Shown here piece by piece: positions 36,263-45,295 of a stretch of DNA of 64,000 nucleotides. The stretch comes from a virus (Duplodnaviria > Caudoviricetes), in IMG/VR virus record IMGVR_UViG_2757320919_000001, positions 1-64,000 of that record. The stretch is one strand, 5' to 3'. The notes under the pieces were generated by a model. The model made no database searches. It was not told where the DNA came from and was given only the letters and a program-made list of their open reading frames with translations. The first letter of the stretch is position 1, and each line of letters opens with the position of its first letter. The position numbers and the translations under genes were made by a program.

Positions 36263-37225
36263 TCAACTATTTTTATATTTTATATCATATTTTATAAGAG
36301 CAGCTACTAAAGCGCTTAGACATAATTCTCTATCTCTACTTGTCCTATCATGATCGCTATAATGTTCTATAAGCATTACAGCTTGTGGAATACTTTCTAA
36401 TTCAAAAATGTTATCTATATTTTTAAACAAATACTGGTAAAAACCACTATAACTTACTGTTTGTGCTATAATTTTTCTAGCTTCAGTAAAATTTTTTTTC
36501 TTTAAAGCTTCAATTAAATTAGAATAATTATTAATAGTTTCAAACACTTTTTCATCTATTACTAATTTATTATCAATTGTATTGTGTTGCATAACTATTA
36601 ACATTTCTCTTATACATGGGTAAAAACATTGAATAAGTTTCTGTAAATCTTTCTTATCATATTCTACTTTTTCATTTTGTAGTATAAATTCTAACCTATC
36701 AAGTATTTTAACACCTAGTTCGGTTTTATTATCATTAAACTCTTTATCAAAGTCTATACATGTAACACGAGTTAAAATAGGTTCTATTAGTCTATCAGTA
36801 TAATTTGCTGTTAATATAAATCTACAATTTTGGGTATATTCATCTAATATATCACGGATTGAGCGTTGTAATTCATTTGTCATTCCATCACATTCTGATA
36901 GAGATATAATTTTTAATGAACCATCTATTGAAACACTGCTTGCAAATGATGTAATTTTATTTCTAGCAAGATCCACTCCACTTTCTTTTGATGAGTTGAT
37001 AAATAAATGTGTTGCACCTAGCTCATTACATATTGCTTTATTTAATGATGTTTTTCCTGTTCCTGGTGTATTACTAAAGAAACCCAAATTTGGAATTTCA
37101 CCAGAATTGATCCATTCTTTTATTTTTGCATAAAGTTTATCAGGCAATATCATATCATCTATTTTATATGGTCTATATTTTTCTGCCCATACATATTCTT
37201 TTTCGTTTATACTTTTCAAAATCAA
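36263..37225 (-). CDS. 44: gp44 clamp loader large subunit
   Basis: WAEKYRP, PGTGKTS, CRFILTAN. Confidence 0.92.
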   Translation of the reverse strand: MILKSINEKEYVWAEKYRPYKIDDMILPDKLYAKIKEWINSGEIPNLGFFSNTPGTGKTSLNKAICNELGATHLFINSSKESGVDLARNKITSFASSVSIDGSLKIISLSECDGMTNELQRSIRDILDEYTQNCRFILTANYTDRLIEPILTRVTCIDFDKEFNDNKTELGVKILDRLEFILQNEKVEYDKKDLQKLIQCFYPCIREMLIVMQHNTIDNKLVIDEKVFETINNYSNLIEALKKKNFTEARKIIAQTVSYSGFYQYLFKNIDNIFELESIPQAVMLIEHYSDHDRTSRDRELCLSALVAALIKYDIKYKNS

Positions 37226-37276
37226 TCCTTTCTTTTTTAGTTATTATATAATAGTTTTACTTAAAATTACCTTAAT

Positions 37277-37834
37277 CTATAATACTTCGCCTTCAATTTG
37301 TTTAAATACAGTTTTTATGTAATCTTTTGATTCATCTGTAAACTTTAAAAACTTAAAAACATTCAAAATACTTTCACATATAATAGTATTGTTTATACCA
37401 TTAAAATCTTTAATATTATATAACATTAGATACCAATACACAGTAACGAAAGATATTTGTTTTTTATTATATTCACGCATTACTTCTTTAAACATCGGTT
37501 TTTTGTATTTCTCTTCTAATGATGTTATGTCTTTTTTTATTATATTTTTATAGAATTTTATTGTGTTTTTAAATTTCTCATATTCTGTTTTATTGTAATT
37601 TCTTAAATAATCACATAAACCATAAATACTAGATGGACTGTATTTAAACATTATATATACACACAATAAAATGAAGTCACCTCTATCAGAAAAGTTTAAC
37701 GGATAAAAACCTATTTTTTTATTCATTATATCTTTGCTATGAGATACACATAATAATTTTTCTTTTAAGTTTTTTTGAAATGTAAGAAACACTCCATTAG
37801 AAATATTGTAAATATCATAATAGTGCAATTTCAT
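37277..37834 (-). CDS. 59: gp59-like helicase loader
   Basis: KQISFVT resembles T4 gp59 ISFET; adjacent to a gp33-like gene as in T4. Confidence 0.55.
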   Translation of the reverse strand: MKLHYYDIYNISNGVFLTFQKNLKEKLLCVSHSKDIMNKKIGFYPLNFSDRGDFILLCVYIMFKYSPSSIYGLCDYLRNYNKTEYEKFKNTIKFYKNIIKKDITSLEEKYKKPMFKEVMREYNKKQISFVTVYWYLMLYNIKDFNGINNTIICESILNVFKFLKFTDESKDYIKTVFKQIEGEVL

Positions 37835-37844
37835 GCAGTATTCC

Positions 37845-38102
37845 TTACTCCCATATATCTATGTCGCTTTGGTTTGGATCATATCTTGTAAATTTGAATT
37901 TTTTTAAGTCTTTCTCAACAATATCCCTGAATATTGCATAGTCAGACAATTCTGATGCTATTAATTCAGGCTCCATATTAATATGATTTCCAAATTCAAT
38001 TATAACATCTAAAATACAATCATCCATCATATCTTTTTGTTTTCTAAACTCAAAGAGCTTATTAAAAAGCTCTGTTTTACTTTCCACTACTTCCCCATCC
38101 AC
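37845..38102 (-). CDS. 33: gp33-like late transcription coactivator
   Basis: Small acidic helical protein (ILDVIIEF...EPELIA); synteny with gp59. Confidence 0.5.
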   Translation of the reverse strand: MDGEVVESKTELFNKLFEFRKQKDMMDDCILDVIIEFGNHINMEPELIASELSDYAIFRDIVEKDLKKFKFTRYDPNQSDIDIWE

Positions 38103-38523
38103 CGTTATTACCTCTAACTAAATTTTTTGTAATGTTATCAAAATCATCTTTTGATATGTTTTCTATTTTACTTTCATTACATTTTAATAACTCAAACTGA
38201 CAATACTTATCACCTTTTTTTATAGTGTATGGTTCCTTACCAAAATTATACACTTTTACTTTTAAATTTCCACTCCAAGAAGCATCTAATATACCAGGAT
38301 AAACAAATAAATCTTTTATAAACCCTAGACTACTTCTAGTGTTAAATCTTATATAATATCCATCTGGAATTATTAATCTAACACCATTTTCAACATACTC
38401 AAACCCACCAGGTTGAATTGTTTTATCTTCTATTGAAAACATATCATAACAAGCAGAGCCCATTACTGATATTTCTGGTAATTTTGCATTACTATCTTCT
38501 AACCATGTTTTTAATACACACAT
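38077..38523 (-). CDS. dut: Trimeric dUTPase
   Basis: ACYD, RSSLG, GILDASWSG, GDK..Q, RG..GWGSSG. Confidence 0.88.
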   Translation of the reverse strand: MCVLKTWLEDSNAKLPEISVMGSACYDMFSIEDKTIQPGGFEYVENGVRLIIPDGYYIRFNTRSSLGFIKDLFVYPGILDASWSGNLKVKVYNFGKEPYTIKKGDKYCQFELLKCNESKIENISKDDFDNITKNLVRGNNGGWGSSGK

Positions 38524-38918
38524 ATTTTTATCCTATTGATTAAAAGTAGTGATTCATCATTAAAATCATATATTTCTACAAAATTATCAATTAGGTCAAG
38601 TAATACATTAATACTTATTTTAAAAGATATTTCAAGTAATGATTGTGGGTTTTTGTTTATTATATTTTCTAAATTATCCTTCATAAGTACTGACAAAACA
38701 GTCCCATAACATGGTAGTTTTGTATCATCATCTAATTTAACAGATATACAGTTCAATTTTATTTTTTTATTTTCTATACTTTTACTTTCTCTAACATTTT
38801 CTTTTAATAATTCATAAGTATGAGAAAAGTTTTCACTAATCAACAATATTGGGTTTAATTTCACCAACTCTTCAACCATATTTAAAATTTCTATATTTTT
38901 CATTTTTACCTCTTTCAA
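38511..38918 (-). CDS. Hypothetical protein
   Basis: 135-aa ORF in the operon. Confidence 0.55.
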   Translation of the reverse strand: MKEVKMKNIEILNMVEELVKLNPILLISENFSHTYELLKENVRESKSIENKKIKLNCISVKLDDDTKLPCYGTVLSVLMKDNLENIINKNPQSLLEISFKISINVLLDLIDNFVEIYDFNDESLLLINRIKICVY

Positions 38919-40183
38919 TTTAATAATGCATGAATGCCTGTTACAGCAGCTGGAATAATACCTCTTGTAATAGCTGAATCACCTACAAAAAAGACATTTT
39001 TGCCAAAATCCTGTACTGTAAAATTATTATTATAACTAACTCTAGGGCCTATTATTTTTATTTCTGGAAAATATCCTTTCCATTCCTTTATATCTAGTAT
39101 ATCACAAAGTTCCTTAACAAATTCTGAAAGTGAATCACCTAAGTTATCAAAATAATTTAAAAACTCTAAAGATGAGTTCTGATTTAATTCATAAATTTTA
39201 CCATTAGTAATAGTTTCTATTTGTGATAAATAATCTTCTACATTTACATTTTTAAAAGAACCTAAAATAGCCCAGTTGGATTTTCCAGTCCATTTGTTTT
39301 TTACATGTAATCCATAAGCGTGTCCATTTGCTTGTTCTCTAATAGGAATAGAATACCCTTTTACTTTTTCTGTTACAACTTCTGCTGTTCCATGATTAAC
39401 ACAAAATGTTCTTAACTCTTTAAGATGATTTTTGTTAATATTTTTAGAGAACTTAAAATCGTATTGAATATTGTTTGCTAGCTCTTGAATTGTATTATTA
39501 TATTCACACTCAAATCTAAATCCTATATGAATTTGGTCAGCAACAGATTTAATATTGTTTAATTCAAAGGTTTCTTTAATATCTTTCATACCACTTCTAC
39601 CAAGACCTATAAAAAGTTTATCATAAGTTATATATGATTCAACACCATTTGTATCTCTTACTGTTATGCATTTATCAAGTTTTGAAGGAATATATGTAGA
39701 GTTACAATAAATTGTAACACCTTTATCTTCAAGCCATTTTATCATGTTTTTACACATTTCAAGCCCCAAAGTTGAACCTACATGATAACACTCAGATTGT
39801 TTTAAAGCTATATCACCATAACCACTTACAAACTTTGATCCTGTTTCAACTGGTTGTGTTATGTGTATAGAAGCATTTTCTGGTAAAAACATTTTAAATA
39901 ATTTATTTTTAAAAAAATCATAGTATTCTAAAACTTGTTGCTTATTAATATACTCAAATATAGGTTGATCATCATGTAGTGAAAATACATTCTTATTATC
40001 ACTAAATGCACCACCACCTAGGAGACCATTTACAATATCTATTGTCGGTATCCTATCATTAATGTGTTTCCCTTTCTCAATAATAATTACTTCATCATGT
40101 TTCATATTAATAATATTATTCATAATACCATAACAAATAGTGTATATATTTGCTACACCACCACCTATAAATACATATTTCAT
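38915..40183 (-). CDS. FAD-dependent oxidoreductase
   Basis: Rossmann IGGG.A, GLLGGGAFSD.K, GLGRSG, RTFC, FFVGD...RGI..AAVTG. Confidence 0.82.
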   Translation of the reverse strand: MKYVFIGGGVANIYTICYGIMNNIINMKHDEVIIIEKGKHINDRIPTIDIVNGLLGGGAFSDNKNVFSLHDDQPIFEYINKQQVLEYYDFFKNKLFKMFLPENASIHITQPVETGSKFVSGYGDIALKQSECYHVGSTLGLEMCKNMIKWLEDKGVTIYCNSTYIPSKLDKCITVRDTNGVESYITYDKLFIGLGRSGMKDIKETFELNNIKSVADQIHIGFRFECEYNNTIQELANNIQYDFKFSKNINKNHLKELRTFCVNHGTAEVVTEKVKGYSIPIREQANGHAYGLHVKNKWTGKSNWAILGSFKNVNVEDYLSQIETITNGKIYELNQNSSLEFLNYFDNLGDSLSEFVKELCDILDIKEWKGYFPEIKIIGPRVSYNNNFTVQDFGKNVFFVGDSAITRGIIPAAVTGIHALLN

Positions 40184-40235
40184 ATAACCTTCCTTAATTG
40201 TAGTTATTATACAATAATTTATATTAGGAAAACCT

Positions 40236-40640
40236 TTAACTAAAGGTTCTCTTAGTTAAATCATAATTACCATGTAATAAATAATCAAAATAGAAAAATA
40301 TTTTCTTTAACTCTGATTTATTATCATCTTTACTGCCAAGTCTTGAAACATATTTTACTATGTTACCTTCACAAAAATTCAAATTATTTTTATATATAAA
40401 ATCAATGGGTTCTATTGCTAGTTTGGTATAATGCTCAGGTATTACCTCTTCTTTATCGCTATGTTTACATGATGATGCTTTATAATACTCTTGTTTAATA
40501 GCTTTAAATACATCCATATACTCGGGATCTTGTATAGCAACAACATTTTTATTGTTTATGTAGCTAAGTTGTGTTATTAAGTATATCTGAAATTCATTAA
40601 AATTATTACTATTACAATACTGTTCAAAACTATAACTCAT
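40236..40640 (-). CDS. DUF3310 (T7 gp1.7-like nucleotide kinase family) protein
   Basis: PEHY...IEPIDFI...NFCEGNIVKYVSR.G.K. Confidence 0.75.
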   Translation of the reverse strand: MSYSFEQYCNSNNFNEFQIYLITQLSYINNKNVVAIQDPEYMDVFKAIKQEYYKASSCKHSDKEEVIPEHYTKLAIEPIDFIYKNNLNFCEGNIVKYVSRLGSKDDNKSELKKIFFYFDYLLHGNYDLTKRTFS

Positions 40641-40643
40641 TTT

Positions 40644-40820
40644 TTATCCTAATATTAATTTACTATTATTTGATTGCTTATTAATAGCATCTTTTATAAT
40701 AGTTTCCAATTCTGTTAGATTTTCTACTATTTTCTGAGTATCAATATCAGATAACACCAACTCTCCAACATAAGACTGTAATATTTTATTAATATCATTA
40801 ATTTTATTTTTTATAGTCAT
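40644..40820 (-). CDS. Small hypothetical protein
   Basis: MTIKNK start after AAGGAG; promoter at 40845-40877. Confidence 0.55.
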   Translation of the reverse strand: MTIKNKINDINKILQSYVGELVLSDIDTQKIVENLTELETIIKDAINKQSNNSKLILG

Positions 40821-40873
40821 CACTACTCCTTTATTATATTTGAAATTATACAACATTTAACCTTAAGGTTATC

Positions 40874-41455
40874 TTAGTTGTATATTATTTTAATATTTTT
40901 TATATACATGTTATAACTATACTGGGCTAAATCTAACCCACTTTTATTCAAGTATTTGTCATACCCCTTTCCCTTGTAATAATGTAATATTTCTAAGTCA
41001 TCATTAGTTTTATATCTTTTCTTAATATCATTTATTACAATAGCAGTAGCTTCTATTTGATTTTTTAACGAGTTTATATGTTTTATATTATGTTTGGCTA
41101 ATACCATTTTCCACATTTTGTAATTTATTCCACTTATTCCCTTAACATTATTATGTTTATGTTTTACTTTATATTTGAAGTATGATTCTGATTGTATTAA
41201 CGACATTATAAAAACTGGATTTAGATTATATTTTAAAGATACTTCAAATATGTAGTTTGTTATTTCAGTAGCGTTTTTGTTATTATATTTTGAAATGTGG
41301 TTTATCATATTTTGTTTTAAATATGATAACCTTTCTTGAATAATACCTTCAAGATTATATTTAGCATGAAAAATAACTGATTGTGATGTTGTTGTAAATA
41401 CAATGCATACAAAAATAAAAATATATGTTAGCTTTTTCATTACAGCTTTTTTCAA
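40874..41455 (-). CDS. Lytic transglycosylase (SLT family) with N-terminal signal/anchor; probable endolysin
   Basis: KYNLNP..IMSLIQSES.F, GISGI, NQIEA, HYY.G. Confidence 0.7.
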   Translation of the reverse strand: MKKAVMKKLTYIFIFVCIVFTTTSQSVIFHAKYNLEGIIQERLSYLKQNMINHISKYNNKNATEITNYIFEVSLKYNLNPVFIMSLIQSESYFKYKVKHKHNNVKGISGINYKMWKMVLAKHNIKHINSLKNQIEATAIVINDIKKRYKTNDDLEILHYYKGKGYDKYLNKSGLDLAQYSYNMYIKNIKIIYN

Positions 41456-41459
41456 TATT

Positions 41460-42095
41460 TTAATAATATTGTTTTAGTAGTTTTTCACACCCCTTAAACT
41501 TTAGCTTTCTTTGTTTTGGATTCCTACAATAAATAGTGATTTTCAATCTTTTTTCCAATGCTTTTTTGTATTTTTTTATAGCTCTTTCTGGTATCTCATC
41601 TAATGATATACTATCCCACATGTTATCACACATTTTTGCTTCTACTGAAATATATAAACTTGTGATATATCTTCTAAAGTCACCAATTTTTAAACACAAA
41701 CTATTTGCTAGTGCATAAAATAATGGTCCTTTTCTTGGAGTCCATTTTGCAGCTAACTGGTTTTTTAATCTCAACTCTTTTGAATAAAATGCCAATATTT
41801 TTTCTTTGTTAGAATTACTTGCAACTTTGTACATCTCATTTAAATCTTTAAAACAGCCATATTTTACAACAGATGTTAAAAACATGTCATTAATATTATT
41901 TGTTTTTTCAGCGATATATTTTAGAAGTAAAATTGAATTTTTTATATTTCCTCCATTTACATCTCTGGCCCATAATAAAATCTGCATTGCTTGTTTTTTA
42001 TCTTCCTGTTTGGCATATTTGAATAATTTTATAAGATAATTAATATCTTTTGAGTAAAATAACGCTTTTGCAAAATTTTTACAATTAAATTTCAT
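41460..42095 (-). CDS. DUF2828/TROVE (Ro60-related) N-terminal domain protein lacking the vWA domain
   Basis: WARDVNGG, KYG.FKDL, LAAKW.PR, VEAKMC...W..I....IP..A.KKY. Start ATG at 42095 after AAAAGGA. Confidence 0.65.
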   Translation of the reverse strand: MKFNCKNFAKALFYSKDINYLIKLFKYAKQEDKKQAMQILLWARDVNGGNIKNSILLLKYIAEKTNNINDMFLTSVVKYGCFKDLNEMYKVASNSNKEKILAFYSKELRLKNQLAAKWTPRKGPLFYALANSLCLKIGDFRRYITSLYISVEAKMCDNMWDSISLDEIPERAIKKYKKALEKRLKITIYCRNPKQRKLKFKGCEKLLKQYY

Positions 42096-42115
42096 ATCGT
42101 TCCTTTTATGTTTAG

Positions 42116-42302
42116 AGAACACCAGGTTAAGAGTATCTGAAGATTGAAAGGAGGGACCTTATTTTAGGTCTGCGTATTAACCTTATGTGTTCTATTTTAT
42201 TACTCAGGCTATGGTCTCTTTAGAAGTAAAGAGAAAATTAACATAATAAGCTTACCATAACCTTGATATACTCATTTTATTAATGAATATATCAAGATTA
42301 TG
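42116..42302 (-). ncRNA. Putative structured RNA (multi-hairpin; contains anti-SD CCUCCUUUC)
   Basis: Stems AGAACAC/GTGTTCT, AGGTTAA/TTAACCT, GACCT/AGGTC and TCTCTTTA/TAAAGAGA, plus a 21-bp stem whose two mismatches are G-U on the minus strand. Confidence 0.55.
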
Positions 42303-42308
42303 ATGCAA

Positions 42309-43625
42309 TCATAATCTTTCAAATAATTTATTTATATCATCCAACCAAATATCTTTAACGTGTTTTTGTGATAACTCATTAAAACTTTGTTGCAAACCAT
42401 TCAACTGTTCATTCAAACTATTTATGCTCTCTTCACTTAATGAATATAAAGGCATATTCATAAGTGTATCAATATTATCAACTATGCCTATATTATTTAT
42501 TTGTTTAATAATATCTTCTTTTTTCTTTCTTTCAAATATAACCTTTTTATCCAAAACTGCTTGAATGAATTTTATTTTGTTACTAATCAATTCAATTTGG
42601 TCTGAATATTTAGATAATTTATATTGTTTTCTCTTTTGTATATACTCTAATTTAACATCTATATATTCTTTTAAAATCTCAATCTCATCTTTATAGGTTT
42701 TAATGAAATTGTTTCTATCAGCACAAGTAAAGTTTTCAGTGTCAGTTGTTTCTATTCCTAATAATTTATGAATATTTTGATTATTCCAAAAATCTCCACT
42801 TACATTTATTACATATTCAAAATTGTCACCTAGTGAGTAGTCTTTATAATCTTTTATTATTTTTTTCTCTTTTAGTGAGTTAAAATGTATTAACATACTC
42901 TCATTAGTAGCATAAGGTGTTGTTTCTGTTATTTTTAAATTATAAGTGTCTATTTTTTCATAAACACCTTTAAATTTCCATTGTTTTTTACCATGTTCTG
43001 TATTAAGTAATTCAACAGTACCCTTATAACCTTTAAAATATGGGACCAGTGGTTTTGGTTGTTTGTTATCTAAAATATCTTTAATAGCTTGTTTAACATC
43101 TTCAGCACTTCTTTGCATTATATTTTGGGCAAAACCCACACCCATACCGTTATTGTTAATTAATAATATTAATGGTAAAGTAGGTAATAGGAACCTTGGT
43201 TCTATTTTTTGCCCCTCAAAATACTGATGATCTAAAATCTCTTCATCGTCTTTATTGAATAAAAGATCATAATAATCTGATTTTTTTATAGAAGAATATC
43301 TTGGTTGAGCTGATGTTGGTGAAGTCCTACATCCTATAGCTGATAATGGTTTAAATAATGGTAATGTAACAGGACCACAATCAAAATCTCTTGCAAAATT
43401 TGTAATTATATCAGGTAAAATATCTTCATTATGCAAATATTGTGATTTAGATGCTATTTCTGACTTTAATGTTGAAACTTTTTTATAATTAGCCAAGTCT
43501 TTACTAAAATAAACTATTTTACGACCTGAATTTTTGAACCCATCAATTAAACTTGCTATGCTTCTAATGTTATCATATGAAGCATATTGACATAAATTAT
43601 CATTAAATAATGTATTAATATTCAT
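42309..43625 (-). CDS. 52: gp52 topoisomerase II medium subunit
   Basis: RSIASLIDGFK...RK, AQPRY (catalytic Tyr), IEP..LLP.LPLIL.N...GMGVGFA. Confidence 0.93.
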   Translation of the reverse strand: MNINTLFNDNLCQYASYDNIRSIASLIDGFKNSGRKIVYFSKDLANYKKVSTLKSEIASKSQYLHNEDILPDIITNFARDFDCGPVTLPLFKPLSAIGCRTSPTSAQPRYSSIKKSDYYDLLFNKDDEEILDHQYFEGQKIEPRFLLPTLPLILLINNNGMGVGFAQNIMQRSAEDVKQAIKDILDNKQPKPLVPYFKGYKGTVELLNTEHGKKQWKFKGVYEKIDTYNLKITETTPYATNESMLIHFNSLKEKKIIKDYKDYSLGDNFEYVINVSGDFWNNQNIHKLLGIETTDTENFTCADRNNFIKTYKDEIEILKEYIDVKLEYIQKRKQYKLSKYSDQIELISNKIKFIQAVLDKKVIFERKKKEDIIKQINNIGIVDNIDTLMNMPLYSLSEESINSLNEQLNGLQQSFNELSQKHVKDIWLDDINKLFERL

Positions 43626-43659
43626 TTCTATCCTTTCATTTTACATATTATATAACATT

Positions 43660-45285
43660 TTAACTTAAAATTTCCTTAACCCAAACACCTTGACCGCAGT
43701 CCCATATTCTATAGTATCCATTTTCCACCATGTTCTCATATTCTGTCTTATTTGAATCAAATATTTCTAATTTATCTTTTAACAAATGTTTCATAAATTG
43801 CTGTCTGCTATAACGAGTATTATTTTTAAAATAAAAATAACCTGGTTTAGAAAAATGGCTAAATGTGAATCCAAGCTTCAAATATATGCTTCCATCAGAA
43901 TAAAGTCTATCAGAATAACTAATAAGACTTCCTTTATTGTGTTTATGAAAATGTTTTAATAACCTAGAAGCACCACCTATAACATTTATATTTTTCTTAG
44001 TACACAATCTAATTAACTCCCAGTCATACTTATCTGTGAACCTTGGTTTGCCAAAACTCATAAGACAAACTAGTTCATTATTAAAGTATAATCCATAACA
44101 AATTGAGCTACCAGTGAAGCCTTGGAGATGATTTGTGTTTAAGAATTCTTTCTCTTCTATTTTAGGTACTTCTCTTAAAACACATTTCCTTGCAAATATT
44201 CTTTCTGATTTTCCTAGTTTGTTATTGATGATGCTAATCCAGATATCTTTCTTTTCATTCCATGATGATTCGAATATATGAATAAGCTGAATATTTTTCT
44301 CAGCACATTTTTCTGTTTTAGTTAGATGATATTTCTTATCTTTATTCATTGATTCACTATGCCAAAAATCACCATTACATTCTATTGCTAAGTTATGTTC
44401 TGGCAAGTAAATATCTAGTTCTTTTCCATTTAATATTTCCCAGTTATTAGTTCCACCTGTTAATTCCCTAACTTCTTGCTCGAATGTGCTAGAGTTTGGA
44501 TAGCAAAACGGGCATAAATGATGACCTTTTGAAAAATTACCAAATGTCCTTTTAAATACATGACCTTGCTGGCATTTTACTTCTAAATTATCCGCTAAGT
44601 TATCAGACATAATTATAAACCCTAGACTGTTTAAATAAGTATTTTTATTTTCTGCTTCACATATAGGGCAGAATTGCTGTCCATTTTTAAAGCTGTTAAA
44701 TGTTCTTTTAAATATATGTCCTTTTCGGCATTTTATTTCTAAGTCATTAGTTATATTATTAGATAGTATTTCAAAACCCAAATTGTTAATAAAATTATGT
44801 TTATTATTTATTTCACATATAGGGCAACTAATGTGGCCATTTTTAAAACTCTTATATGGACGCTTGAAAATATGATCTTTCTCACATTTTACTTCTAAGC
44901 TAGTTCCTAAATTGTTAGACATAATCTTAAAACCTAATTCTTTTAAGAAATTATGCTTTTCTTTTTTCTCACATTCAGGACAACTTAAAATACCATTTTT
45001 AAAACTACCAAATGTTCTTTTGAAAATGTGTCCTTTTTGACATTTTACTTCTAGCTTTTTTCCTAAGTTTTCAGATATAGGTTCAAAGCCTAAACTATTT
45101 AAAAAAGTTATTTTTTGTTCTATTTCACATGTAGGGCATACTGTATATCCTTTTTGAAAATCATAAAATTCTCGCTTAAATACATGCTCTTTGGAACATT
45201 TTACTATTAAATTAGTAGTTAGATTCTCAGATATTACTTGAAAGCCTAGAGTATTTAAATACTCTATTTTTTCTTGATTTGTCAT
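43660..45285 (-). CDS. Hef-like endonuclease copy 3: 5 zinc-finger repeats + nuclease + Mom-like GNAT
   Basis: Same architecture; sits between the topo II subunit genes. MTNQEK start by analogy to copy 2. Confidence 0.8.
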   Translation of the reverse strand: MTNQEKIEYLNTLGFQVISENLTTNLIVKCSKEHVFKREFYDFQKGYTVCPTCEIEQKITFLNSLGFEPISENLGKKLEVKCQKGHIFKRTFGSFKNGILSCPECEKKEKHNFLKELGFKIMSNNLGTSLEVKCEKDHIFKRPYKSFKNGHISCPICEINNKHNFINNLGFEILSNNITNDLEIKCRKGHIFKRTFNSFKNGQQFCPICEAENKNTYLNSLGFIIMSDNLADNLEVKCQQGHVFKRTFGNFSKGHHLCPFCYPNSSTFEQEVRELTGGTNNWEILNGKELDIYLPEHNLAIECNGDFWHSESMNKDKKYHLTKTEKCAEKNIQLIHIFESSWNEKKDIWISIINNKLGKSERIFARKCVLREVPKIEEKEFLNTNHLQGFTGSSICYGLYFNNELVCLMSFGKPRFTDKYDWELIRLCTKKNINVIGGASRLLKHFHKHNKGSLISYSDRLYSDGSIYLKLGFTFSHFSKPGYFYFKNNTRYSRQQFMKHLLKDKLEIFDSNKTEYENMVENGYYRIWDCGQGVWVKEILS

Positions 45286-45295
45286 ACTGAAGAAC

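Noticed and set aside
42116-42193. Structured element as a tRNA
   Set aside because: No D or T arm consensus and no CCA; kept only as an unclassified ncRNA candidate.
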